DNA from: Macrostomum lignano
Lineage: Eukaryota
Direction of reading: 5' to 3'
DNA: 64,000 nt
Assembly (NCBI GenBank): GCA_002269645.1
Contig: NIVC01000010.1
Location: forward strand, 682,001-746,000
Shown here one piece after another: positions 31,805-43,669 of the stretch. Within the stretch, counting starts at the first letter, position 1, and every line of letters begins with the position of its first letter. The notes under the pieces were generated by a model. The model was not told the DNA's origin and did not search any database. It saw nothing but the letters and a program-made list of their open reading frames with translations. The position numbers and the translations under genes are program-made.

Positions 31805-33556
31805 ACTGACTGACTGACTGACTGACTGACTGACTGACTGACTGACTGACTGACTGACTGACTGACTGACTGACTGACTGACTGACTGACTGACTGACTG
31901 ACTGACTGACTGACTGACTGACTGACTGACTGACTGACTGACTGACTGACTGACTGACTGACTGACTGACTGACTGACTGACTGACTGACTGACTGACTG
32001 ACTGACTGACTGACTGACTGACTGACTGACTGACTGACTGACTGACTGACTGACTGACTGACTGACTGACTGACTGACTGACTGACTGACTGACTGACTG
32101 ACTGACTGACTGACTGACTGACTGACTGACTGACTGACTGACTGACTGACTGACTGACTGACTGACTGACTGACTGACTGACTGACTGACTGACTGACTG
32201 ACTGACTGACTGACTGACTGACTGACTGACTGACTGACTGACTGACTGACTGACTGACTGACTGACTGACTGACTGACTGACTGACTGACTGACTGACTG
32301 ACTGACTGACTGACTGACTGACTGACTGACTGACTGACTGACTGACTGACTGACTGACTGACTGACTGACTGACTGACTGACTGACTGACTGACTGACTG
32401 ACTGACTGACTGACTGACTGACTGACTGACTGACTGACTGACTGACTGACTGACTGACTGACTGACTGACTGACTGACTGACTGACTGACTGACTGACTG
32501 ACTGACTGACTGACTGACTGACTGACTGACTGACTGACTGACTGACTGACTGACTGACTGACTGACTGACTGACTGACTGACTGACTGACTGACTGACTG
32601 ACTGACTGACTGACTGACTGACTGACTGACTGACTGACTGACTGACTGACTGACTGACTGACTGACTGACTGACTGACTGACTGACTGACTGACTGACTG
32701 ACTGACTGACTGACTGACTGACTGACTGACTGACTGACTGACTGACTGACTGACTGACTGACTGACTGACTGACTGACTGACTGACTGACTGACTGACTG
32801 ACTGACTGACTGACTGACTGACTGACTGACTGACTGACTGACTGACTGACTGACTGACTGACTGACTGACTGACTGACTGACTGACTGACTGACTGACTG
32901 ACTGACTGACTGACTGACTGACTGACTGACTGACTGACTGACTGACTGACTGACTGACTGACTGACTGACTGACTGACTGACTGACTGACTGACTGACTG
33001 ACTGACTGACTGACTGACTGACTGACTGACTGACTGACTGACTGACTGACTGACTGACTGACTGACTGACTGACTGACTGACTGACTGACTGACTGACTG
33101 ACTGACTGACTGACTGACTGACTGACTGACTGACTGACTGACTGACTGACTGACTGACTGACTGACTGACTGACTGACTGACTGACTGACTGACTGACTG
33201 ACTGACTGACTGACTGACTGACTGACTGACTGACTGACTGACTGACTGACTGACTGACTGACTGACTGACTGACTGACTGACTGACTGACTGACTGACTG
33301 ACTGACTGACTGACTGACTGACTGACTGACTGACTGACTGACTGACTGACTGACTGACTGACTGACTGACTGACTGACTGACTGACTGACTGACTGACTG
33401 ACTGACTGACTGACTGACTGACTGACTGACTGACTGACTGACTGACTGACTGACTGACTGACTGACTGACTGACTGACTGACTGACTGACTGACTGACTG
33501 ACTGACTGACTGACTGACTGACTGACTGACTGACTGACTGACTGACTGACTGACTA

Positions 33557-33590
<34 letters not shown>
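31805..33590 (+). repeat. Uninterrupted (ACTG)~437 microsatellite followed by (ATTG)8
   Basis: ACTG 31805-33555; ATTG 33557-33588. Confidence 0.98.
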
Positions 33591-33921
33591 ATTTTCTTTA
33601 AATGTAAGATTTTGTCCCCTGCCTTCTATCTTCAGTTTGCTTACAAAAGAATATAAAGATTTTGCTTTTACGAGAAACTCAATTTTTTGAACATCAAACT
33701 CAAGTTTTATCACTTGGTCAGTAAGCATGATCCTGCCTTATTCCATACAGTTATGCGTTCACATCTTAGTGCCAATCTAATAAAGTGAATCAATAAAATC
33801 AATTCATTTAAAACTGTAACAGCTTTAACACCAGTATATAGCAAAATGCATATAGATATATTACTACGTAATATGATAATAATTGACAGCGTTAGTTTAA
33901 AACTTGGCTATGGTAATTATA

Positions 33922-35224
33922 CTAGGGCTGAGCAATAAGTTTCCGGATGTGCCCAGACAGAAATATTTAGAGAGAAAAAACAGTTACATCTTTTCAAAGT
34001 ACTCTCCTGCAGATTCGATGCAAAATTTCATGCACTCAAACCAGCTGAAGCAGCTGGACCAATCTGAAGCAGGCACCTCCTCCACATGCCGGATGAAGGC
34101 CTCCACTGCAGCTTCTGGTGATTCATAGCGGATTCCACGCATCCTGCGCTTGATTTGTGGAAGCACAAAAAAGTCGCAGGGGGCCAGGTCGGGGCTGTAG
34201 GGTGGATGACCGAGCTCTTGAATGCGCTCTCCGGCCAGGAACTACGCCACCTGTCGAGCCTTGTGGGCCGGGGCGTTGTCGTGATGGAGAAGGATGCCAC
34301 GAGCTCGAGTCCTTGGGCGACGCCTGGAGAGAGCGCTCAGCACTTCTGGCAGACAAACATTGGCGTACCAGTCACCAGTGACTGTGCGCTGCTGCACGAG
34401 TGGAACCGTGGCCAGATGACCGCTTTTCGCCACAAAAACAACCACCATCTGCTTCGCCACGCTGCGCTCTCGCCGAAGCTTGGATGGTGGGGTGCCGCCA
34501 ACTGGAGTCCACTGGGCCGACTGCTGCTTAGTCTCCGGGTCGAAACTATAGATCCAGGACTCGTCACCACTGACAATATCCCAGACCGAGTTTGAGCTGC
34601 CTCCGTTGAATCTGTCGAGTATGGTGCGGCACCAGGTCACCCGAGTCTCCTTCTGCTCCGGAGTCAGTTGATGAGGCACCCAGCGTGCAGAAATCTTGCT
34701 CAGGTTGAGCTGTGAATGCAGGATCGTCCTGATGGATCCTGATGAGATGCCCACCTCTGCCTCTATCTGGGCCACAGTCACTCGGGCATCATCCTCAACC
34801 ATGGCCCGGACAGCAGCAACATTATCATCGGTCGTTGCGGAGACAGACCGGCTGCTGCGCTCCTCATCATCCAGACTCTGCCTGCCGCGTCGAAATTCGG
34901 CAAACCAGTCAAAAACGGTGGATCTAGAAGGTGCTTCATCCCCAAAAGCTCCTCGCAATCGCTCAAGACTTTCTTGCTGCCGCAAACCACTTAAAATGGT
35001 AATAAATAATTGCTCCAAAATGACTCCTATTGAGCTCCATTGTGAATTTGATATATAATGTGGGTATGCTAGCTTGGTTTGGGTGCTGCACTGGCTATAT
35101 ATGACCAGTGTTTCTGAAACTTTACAAACATTGTACTTATATAATGTACTTGACACCTATGGTGTCAGATTTTGTCAGCCGCCTCTCAACTATGCACATC
35201 CGGAAACTTATTGCTCGGCCCTCG
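33922..35224 (-). mobile_element. Full-length mariner (DD34D) transposon, 1303 bp, inactivated
   Basis: TA at both flanks; 31-bp TIRs C(T/G)AGGGC(T/C)GAGCAATAAGTTTCCGGATGTGC (29/31 identical). Transposase from ATG 35040 with WVPHQLT, GDESW, HHDNAPAH, HPPYSPDLAPCDF; frameshift near 34990 and in-frame TAG at 34242-34244. Confidence 0.95.
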
Positions 35225-35665
35225 TAACATCCCTATATGGTGCTTTATTTTGGGTAAATGCTAGGCAGTCTATACAGTACGTATTACACCAAGGCAGTGT
35301 CCCAGCATGAGTAAGCCGTATATAATACTCGTAATAGAATAGTATAAATTTGAAAAAATGAATACGTCACACACAGAGAAGCGTTTAGCTTTATAAGAGA
35401 GCTGCGCTGCTAAGGGCTGCACTTCAATATATGCAAAACTTTTTTCCACAAAGTTGTATTTTATGCTGCTGAAAGGAAGCAGCACCATATAAACTGGCTT
35501 CCTATATAGTGCTCAACACAGCTCACACCATTGGCACCATGCACAATATTTCTCGTTCAACCATAGCTCTCAGTATGTCTCTCCTCTCCCCGATTGCGAC
35601 TCTTCCAATCGCGTTAAACTAGCTAACTAATTCTAGTCCTGCATGCAGCCTAGCTGCCATATGCA

Positions 35666-35672
35666 TATAAAA
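35666..35672 (+). promoter_or_regulatory. TATA box of the Cys-loop channel gene
   Basis: TATAAAA 118 nt upstream of ATG 35784. Confidence 0.5.
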
Positions 35673-35783
35673 GACAATTTTATAATTCGAAAGACATATA
35701 ACGCCCCAAAACTATAAGAGCTATTAGAGAAGCAAAGTTTACCTAAACGAATTAAATAATTAAGGAAATTTTTTATCAACAAC

Positions 35784-37136
35784 ATGCGCCAAAACACCTT
35801 CGTGAACATGGTTGCCTTGGCAACCCTCTTGCTAGGAATAACGGTCGGCAGTGAGCGGACTCATCATTCACTAGTGAAACGATCCAATCAAAGCATGACA
35901 TCTTTCACGCACAATTTGGTCGAACCCGAGCGCTACGATCGACACTTTCGTCCGGTACCATCCGACGGCGGAGCTACCGACGTCTACGCCTGTTACCATA
36001 TCGACAGCTTCGGGCCAATCAACGTGATGAGGATGGACTTCTCAGCCGAGATCGTTCTTCACCTGCGATGGATTGACAGTCGGCTAGCGTTCCAAGGTCA
36101 CAACGATCGAATAGTGCTGAGTCAGCTCTTGGAAAGAGTCTGGCGGCCCGACGTGTTCTTTCAGAACGCTAAAAGCATTCAGCGGCACGACTTGCCGTCG
36201 AGCAACTTCCTTCTGTGGCTGTGGCCGAACGGCACTCTGCTGTTCAGCCAGAAGCTGCAGCTGCGTCTGCACTGTCCAATGGATCTAAAAGATTTTCCAT
36301 TCGACGTGCAAACGTGCCGCATGAAGATGACTAGCTTCGGGATGAGCAACGACGATTTACTGCTGCACTGGGCTAGCGAGGACACCGCATCGGGCATCGC
36401 AGTCGACGGAGTGATGTTCAGCCAGATCGCCACGTTTCTCAACCAGTACTATCCGCCGCTGTGCAACTACAGCACCGGCACCAGCTTCTCCCTGCTCACG
36501 GGCTGGAATTTCAGCTACTTGCACGCGGATTTCACTTTGAAGCGTCGTCAGTCGTCTTATCTAATTAACGATTACCTGCCGTCTATATTTATCGTTCTGA
36601 TCACCTGGTCGTCATTTGCTATTGATTACAACGCCGCGCCAGCCCGAGTGTCGCTATCGATACTCAGCCTGCTGGCTCTGCTCACCGAGACCGTTGCCAT
36701 GGAGAGGAAACTGCCGCCAGTCTCCTACATCACTGCTCTTGGCATCTGGCACATTTGTTGCATTGCTTTCATTCACCTGTCCTTATTGGAGTACATGGTT
36801 ATCAATTTGTTGAAGCGTCGGCAAGAGCGTCAACCACCGTGGGCTGCTGTCGATGAGCGTACAGACCAGAGAAGATCAGACGAAGAAGCTGAGACCAAGT
36901 TCCTTGGGCCAACAACTTCCGCAGCAGCTGCAGCAGGCGTGGAAGACAACGGATGGGCGGCTGCGATACCTGTGCTCATGAGGGTGCGAAGAGGAATGAA
37001 GTGCAAAAACACTTGGCGCCTGACACCAGCAAAGCTGGATTTGATCTTTCTTTTCTCCTATCCGACAGCGTTTGCGCTGTTCAATGTTGTCTACTGGTGC
37101 GTCATCTTACCGGAGAGCGCTTTTCGTTGGGGTTGA
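35784..37136 (+). CDS. Single-exon Cys-loop ligand-gated ion channel subunit, GlyR/GABA-A/GluCl-like anion-channel type, 450 aa
   Basis: Signal peptide; YDRHFRP; VWRPDVFFQN; Cys-loop CPMDLKDFPFDVQTC (C-x13-C); M1 YLPSIFIVLITWSSF; PAR motif before M2; M3; M4 ending YWC. Confidence 0.93.
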   Translation: MRQNTFVNMVALATLLLGITVGSERTHHSLVKRSNQSMTSFTHNLVEPERYDRHFRPVPSDGGATDVYACYHIDSFGPINVMRMDFSAEIVLHLRWIDSRLAFQGHNDRIVLSQLLERVWRPDVFFQNAKSIQRHDLPSSNFLLWLWPNGTLLFSQKLQLRLHCPMDLKDFPFDVQTCRMKMTSFGMSNDDLLLHWASEDTASGIAVDGVMFSQIATFLNQYYPPLCNYSTGTSFSLLTGWNFSYLHADFTLKRRQSSYLINDYLPSIFIVLITWSSFAIDYNAAPARVSLSILSLLALLTETVAMERKLPPVSYITALGIWHICCIAFIHLSLLEYMVINLLKRRQERQPPWAAVDERTDQRRSDEEAETKFLGPTTSAAAAAGVEDNGWAAAIPVLMRVRRGMKCKNTWRLTPAKLDLIFLFSYPTAFALFNVVYWCVILPESAFRWG

Positions 37137-37159
37137 GCTCGAGCGAAGAGGCACATGCT

Positions 37160-37475
37160 GGGACTGGAGTGGAGGGAGCGGAGAAGCAGACTCAAGGATA
37201 CTGAAGAAGTTGAGAGGAAGATTCAAGGACACTGAGGAAGCGGAGAGGAAGATTCAAGGACACTGAGGAATCGGAGAGGCAGACTCAAGGATACTGAGGG
37301 AGCGGAGAGGCAGACTCAAGGATACTGAGGGAGCGGAGAGGCAGACTCAAGGACACTGAGAGAGTGGAGAGGAGAGGCGGATTTGGAGACTACATCAGGA
37401 GCGGAGAGAGGCGGATTTGGAGACTACATCAGGAGCGGAGAGAGGCGGATTCAGGGACTGGGAAGCGGAGAGAGT
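37160..37475 (+). repeat. Degenerate ~31-38-bp purine-rich tandem repeat after the channel stop codon
   Basis: GAGCGGAGAGG(C/A)AGA(C/T)TCAAGGA(T/C)ACTGAGG and GGAGAGAGGCGGATTTGGAGACTACATCAG units. Confidence 0.8.
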
Positions 37476-38288
37476 GGAGAGATTTCTTGATGACTGCAGT
37501 GTGACAATTTGAGAGAGGTAAAGACCCGGTTCACATTACTCTCATGAGTATAGCAAAAAATGCACAATTTTTTAAATGGGTCTAAACCATAGATCTTATA
37601 TGATCTTTGGTCTAAACCATAGATCCTAGAGACTAAAATTTTCAGGATCTAAGGTCCCAACCATTACTGGGTTACACTGATTTGAATCTACTATGACATA
37701 ATGGTCAAAACTAATGGCTAATTGTCTCCGGGTGAAAAATTATGACATGAATACAATGTAAATCGGCCTTAACTGTAAATGTACATTGTCCAATTACACT
37801 CTTTTGCGTGCAGGAATGGATGTCTATGGTAAAATCTCACTGAAAAAGCATTAGGCGCAGAAATGCATTCCTGCACGGTTTTGTGCATTCCTGCACGATG
37901 AATAATCCGACAATGGGATTCCTTCACGTTCACGACCGTGCAGGAACCATTCATTCTTCACCTTAGACGTATATATTATACAAATAAATTGGAACATGAT
38001 ATGTGTAAAAGCGTGCATTAAATGCCATAGTCTATGGCCCATGTCTTATCTCTCATGTACATGTAGAGTAAAAACGGTGCATTAAACGAAAAACTCTTTG
38101 TATTTAATAACGTAGCATTTATTGCTAGAAAGAACTCAAAGATGTTGATTTGCATGGGGTCAGCGAAACAAATGGCGAAGAAGCGCTGCTCGCATATGGA
38201 TATGAGAGTCGAAGGAAACAGAAATTGTTCATCTGCACCCTTCCTACTGCCGTAGAACAAACGCAATGTGGTATAGCGATGTCCATCC

Positions 38289-41200
38289 ATGTGGTTCAGC
38301 GGCAACGGCGGCAACAGCGGCAGCGGCAACGGCGGCGGCAGCAGCGGCAACGGCGGCAGCGGCAGCTCATACAAAAGCTGTGGCGGTTCCCACGAGCGTC
38401 ATTCATGCAAGTTCAGGGACGCCAAGTGCCATGCATGCGGCAAGGTCGGCCACATTCGCAAGGTCTGCCAGTCTACTATGCAGGCCAAGCTGCACATGCT
38501 GCAAGAGGAGCAAATGGAGCCTACTGTCGAAGGCGCGTGTGACATCCAGGCGCCCATCTTCGCAGTTCGACCAACAGGCAGCAACGCCGGCCCGTCAGTT
38601 CTGCTGCTCGTCAACGGCCAGGAATGCCAGTTTGTCATCGACACCGGCTCTGCAGTCACGCTGATGCCGCAGCAGCTGCAGCAGAAGTGGCTCCCTCAGC
38701 TACAACTGGCTCCATCGGCTGCAGTTCTGCGAACCTTCACCAATGAACGCTTTCATCCGCGGGCCAAGCCACAGTCTGTGTCCAGCACAACGCCCAGCAG
38801 ATACAGCTACCGCTGCTTGTAGTAGACAAAGGAGACACGGCGCTGCTGGGACGAGACTGGCTGGCTCACCTTCGGCTGGACTGGCCGACAATTATGGCCC
38901 AGGTGCACGCTGTGTCGACCGATAATGACATCAGCGACCTGCATGAGAGATTCGCTGCGGTGTTCGAGGACCGACTTGGCGAATATCAACACGGTAAATT
39001 GCGGCTCAACGTCGTCGACGGTGCCCAACCTCGGTTCTTTAAAGCCCGCCCGGTTCCGTATGTACTACGAGAGCGCATGAACGAGGAGCTGCAAAGACTG
39101 GAGGCCAACGGCATCATCTCGGCGGTTAGGCACAGCGACTGGGCCTCTCCGATCGTTCCGGTGGTCAAGAAGGATGGCGGCGTCAGGATTTGCGGTGATT
39201 ATACGCAAACTTTCAACCCAGCGTGCCTGACCGACCAATACCCTCTGCCTAAGATCGAGGACCTGTTTGGGAAGCTGGGAGGCGGCTGTAAGTGGACGAA
39301 GCTCGATCTGTCCAATGCCTTCCTGCAGCTTCCGCTCGCCGAAGACAGCAAAGCCTTCGTCATGATCAACACGCCGAAGGGACTCTACCAGTTCAATCGC
39401 ATGCCTTTTGGCATCAAGTGCGCCACTGCGATCTTCCAACGGACGCTGGACACTCTGTTAGGAGGTCTCGACTCTGTCCAGGTTTGTCGATGACATCCTG
39501 GTCACCGGCAAGACGATGCAGCAACACAAGAAAAACCTGGAAGAAGTTCTTCAGCGCCTCCTTGAGTCGGGACTCAGGCTGAACAAGCAAAATAGTCAGT
39601 TCTTCATGGACTCTGTCGAGTATCTGGGTTACCGCATTGACGCATGTGGACTCAGTCCGCTGACGGACAGGGTGGCCGCAATTCAAGACGCCCCAGCGCC
39701 GAAAGACATCAGCCAGCTGCGCTCGTTCCTCGGCATGTTGACTCAGTACGGCCGGTTCCTGCCGAATCTGTCCACCGTAGTGGCGCCGCTCAATCAGCTG
39801 CTGGCCAAGGACGCTCGCTGGACGTGGGACAAGCCGCAGCAAACCGCCTTCAGCGAAGCTAAGCGTCTGCTGCTCCATTCACCTGTGCTGGTGCACTACA
39901 ATCCGTATATGCCGCTGCAGCTCGAGTGTGACGCTTCACCATACGGAGTGGGCGTGGTGTTGTCCCATCGCATCGACAACAAAGACTGCGCAGTGGCATT
40001 CGCTAGCCGCACCCTGAACGCAGCACAGCGGGGCTACTCGCTGCTCGACAAGGAAGCGCTGGCCATAATGTTCGGGCTGCACCGCTTCCATCAATTCCTC
40101 TACGGCCGGAGATTCACGATAGTCACTGATCACCTGCCGCTACTCGGGCTACTGGGCGAGTGGAAAGGCATCCCGGCACACGCTGCAGCCCGCATGCAGC
40201 GGTGGGCGATCCGGCTGGCGAGCTATGACTATGCGCTCGAGTTTCGGCCGACGGAGAAGCACGCCAACTGCGACTCGCTGTCCCGGCTGCCATTGCCGCA
40301 GCAGTTCGAGGAGGAGACAGCGGTTAACTTGCTGCTGATCGACGGGGGCGCAGGTTCGGCTGCCACTGCAGCGACGGTGGCGCGGCTCACCAGGACGGAT
40401 GCGGTGCTAGGTCGCGTGCTGCGCTGCCTGCAGACGGGTTCGACCATCTGCGCCGACCTGACCGAATTCGCCAGGCGCCAGACCGAGCTGTCCATTGACC
40501 AGGGCTGCGTGCTGTGGGACGCTCGAGTAGTGGTGCCAGCCGCCCTGTGACAACAAGTGTTGAACGAGCTGCACCAAGCCCACCCTGGCATCAGCCGCAT
40601 GCGCGCCCTCGCGAGAAGCTACGCCTGGTGGCCAAGTATTGACAAAGACTTGGAGACCGCAGTAAAAGCCTGTCGCACCTGCCAGCTCAATCAGGCGGAT
40701 CCATCCAAGGCCCCGGTGCAGCCATGGCCATTCCCGACTGAGCCATGGGAGCGGTTGCACATCGACTTCGCAGGACCCGTGGACGGCCGCACTTACCTGG
40801 TCCTGGTCGACGCGCACAGCAAGTGGCCAGAGGTGCACAGGATGAGAAGCACCACTGCAACAGCGACGATCAGCTGCCTGCGAGAAATCTTCGCTCGTCT
40901 TGGCCTACCGAGAACCTTGGTGTCGGACAACGGGCCACAATTCGCTTCAGCCGAGTTCGCTGAGTTCGTCAGTTCCAACGGCATCCGGCACATCTTCTCG
41001 GCGCCATTCCACCCGGCGACCAACGGCCAGGCCGAGCGCTTCGTCCATGTGCTGAAGCGACACCTGATTAAGTGCGGTCACTCCGACGAGCAACTTCAAC
41101 GACTGCTGATGGCCTATCGCAACACTCCGCACAGCGTCAGTGGCACCACGCCGAGTCAGCTGCTCATTGGCCGCCAGCTGCACAGCCGGCTGGATCTCCT

Positions 41201-41886
41201 GACACCATCGTTGACTTCGGCCATGCAACAGCGACAGCAGCATCAGCTTCAGCAGCAGCGGCCAGCGCGCCAGTTCCAGCCTGGAGATCGCGTGCTCTAC
41301 CGCGATTTCAGCACTGCTGCTCGTGCAGGAGAAAGCAGTCGCTGGGCCGAAGGTGTCATCGTCAATGCCGGCACTCGCAACTGCACAGTCGATTCCGGAC
41401 GCGGCGTACAAGCGCGACACGCTGACCAGCTGCTGGCGGCTCCCGCTGGGTTGGCCGAGTCGAGCAGCAGCACAACCCCGGCTGAGGACTGCGCGGCACC
41501 CGACGCTGGCGGCACGTCGGCCTTGCCGCAGGCAGACTCAGCTGACTCTGCTAACGAGGCACCCCGGCGCTACCCGAATCGAGTTCGAGCACCACCTGAC
41601 AGATTGATGCTGCAGTGAGGGCGTTCACTAAGGGGGGAGATGTGACATCGTGACACGATGAACTTTGCAATAGGTTGCATGCACTGAAGTGTTGACTCAC
41701 TATCAGTGGAGATTGTTATTGACCGGCTTAGAGATTTATTTGGTTTTGTATTCAACCCCACCCCATGCGCGCGATTAAATCTGTCTGCACCCGCCACCTC
41801 ATTGCTGACTAATAAATATTGTCAGCCTAGCTCTCAAGCGAGCACTTTCTCACTCCTGCAATTCCACACTACTGCCTCGGTTAACA
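38289..41886 (+). mobile_element. Ty3/gypsy LTR retrotransposon, 5'-truncated and decayed (gag zinc knuckle, PR, RT, RNase H, IN, PPT, 3' LTR)
   Basis: CHACGKVGHIRKVC; FVIDTGS; WASPIVPVVKKDGGVRICGDY; LDLSNAF; RMPFGI; FVDDIL across a frameshift; CDASPYGVG; H..H..C..C; HIDFAGP; SDNGPQF; NGQAERF. PPT AAGGGGGGAGA 41630-41640. Several frameshifts and a CGA>TGA stop at 40548. Confidence 0.95.
41641..41886 (+). mobile_element. 3' LTR of the gypsy element
   Basis: TGT start directly after the PPT; AATAAA at 41811; candidate end TTAACA (right boundary uncertain). Confidence 0.65.
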
Positions 41887-41997
41887 AAGTTATCACAGCA
41901 AGTCAAACAAATTTCTAGCAAAGCTACAAAAATTGAAACTTCGTCTTATATTGAATCTGTGCCGGCGGTTAGCCAGCAGACTATTTTGACTTTGGTG

Positions 41998-43130
41998 CTT
42001 CTTGGTGCTGGCGCCCCTTGGTGCTGGCGCCCCTTGGTGCTGGCGCCCCTTGGTGCTGGCGCCCCTTGGTGCTGGCGCCCCTTGGTGCTGGCGCCCCTTG
42101 GTGCTGGCGCCCCTTGGTGCTGGCGCCCCTTGGTGCTGGCGCCCCTTGGTGCTGGCGCCCCTTGGTGCTGGCGCCCCTTGGTGCTGGCGCCCCTTGGTGC
42201 TGGCGCCCCTTGGTGCTGGCGCCCCTTGGTGCTAAAGCCCCTTGGTGCTGGCGCCCCTTGGTGCTGGCGCCCCTTGGTGCTGGCGCCCCTTGGTGCTGGC
42301 GCCCCTTGGTGCTGGCGCCCCTTGGTGCTGGCGCCCCTTGGTGCTAAAGCCCCTTGGTGCTGGCGCCCCTTGGTGCTAAAGCCCCTTGGTGCTAAAGCCC
42401 CTTGGTGCTGGCGCCCCTTGGTGCTGGCGCCCCTTGGTGCTGGCGCCCCTTGGTGCTGGCGCCCCTTGGTGCTGGCGCCCCTTGGTGCTGGCGCCCCTTG
42501 GTGCTGGCGCCCCTTGGTGCTGGCGCCCCTTGGTGCTGGCGCCCCTTGGTGCTAAAGCCCCTTGGTGCTAAAGCCCCTTGGTGCTAAAGCCCCTTGGTGC
42601 TAAAGCCCCTTGGTGCTGGCGCCCCTTGGTGCTGGCGCCCCTTGGTGCTGGCGCCCCTTGGTGCTGGCGCCCCTTGGTGCTGGCGCCCCTTGGTGCTGGC
42701 GCCCCTTGGTGCTGGCGCCCCTTGGTGCTGGCGCCCCTTGGTGCTAAAGCCCCTTGGTGCTAAAGCCCCTTGGTGCTAAAGCCCCTTGGTGCTGGCGCCC
42801 CTTGGTGCTGGCGCCCCTTGGTGCTGGCGCCCCTTGGTGCTGGCGCCCCTTGGTGCTGGCGCCCCTTGGTGCTAAAGCCCCTTGGTGCTGGCGCCCCTTG
42901 GTGCTAAAGCCCCTTGGTGCTAAAGCCCCTTGGTGCTAAAGCCCCTTGGTGCTAAAGCCCCTTGGTGCTAAAGCCCCTTGGTGCTAAAGCCCCTTGGTGC
43001 TAAAGCCCCTTGGTGCTAAAGCCCCTTGGTGCTAAAGCCCCTTGGTGCTAAAGCCCCTTGGTGCTAAAGCCCCTTGGTGCTAAAGCCCCTTGGTGCTAAA
43101 GCCCCTTGGTGCTGGCGCCCTTTGGTGCTG
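41998..43130 (+). repeat. Minisatellite, 16-bp unit TTGGTGCTGGCGCCCC with variant TTGGTGCTAAAGCCCC, ~70 copies
   Basis: Direct reading. Confidence 0.97.
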
Positions 43131-43669
43131 GCACCCCCTTTTTTGTGCTGGTGCCCCTTGGTGCCTGCGCTATTTGATGTTAATAAATGTCGGCTCAAAA
43201 TTTGTACCAAAATATTTAAGTATTGTTTAGAGCACTTTATAATTCATCGAAGAAAATAGAGTTAATGATCAGTGTTCATGTACATGTCAGTGCCGTACAC
43301 TACTGCGATTATATTCGAATACATGTATGTATCTACGATATATCAGAAAAAGGTTCTCTATAATAATGATCAACATGCTCCATATGTCCGTGATTAAAGA
43401 AGTATACAAATGCATTTAAAATAAGTACGTCATGACAAATGTCCACGTCTTTGTAAAATACATTTGTATGCTGTACGCTCTCATAAATGTACTTTGTGGA
43501 CAAAACCTCGATCGGTGGGATATAAAAACTGGCGCGGATCATTTCGATGCTTTAAATGAAAGTGCGTTACTACGTGCAGTGATTTAGAAGAAAAGTTCGC
43601 GGAGTTATGAGTGGATGGAAATTGGATCTTGTGAGGATTAGACGCTTATATATGTACATATATTTTATA

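Noticed and set aside
31491-33728. 745-aa (VSQS)n ORF
   Set aside because: Translation of the (CAGT)n microsatellite; no coding signature.
37137-37560. Poly(A) tail or TSD proving the channel is a retrocopy
   Set aside because: Neither is visible, so retroposition remains unproven.
37500-38290. 5' LTR or PBS of the gypsy element
   Set aside because: No match to 41641-41886 upstream of gag; the element is 5'-truncated.
24200-40550. CGA>TGA stops in the P-element and gypsy as evidence of CpG methylation
   Set aside because: Two events are too few to infer a mutational bias.
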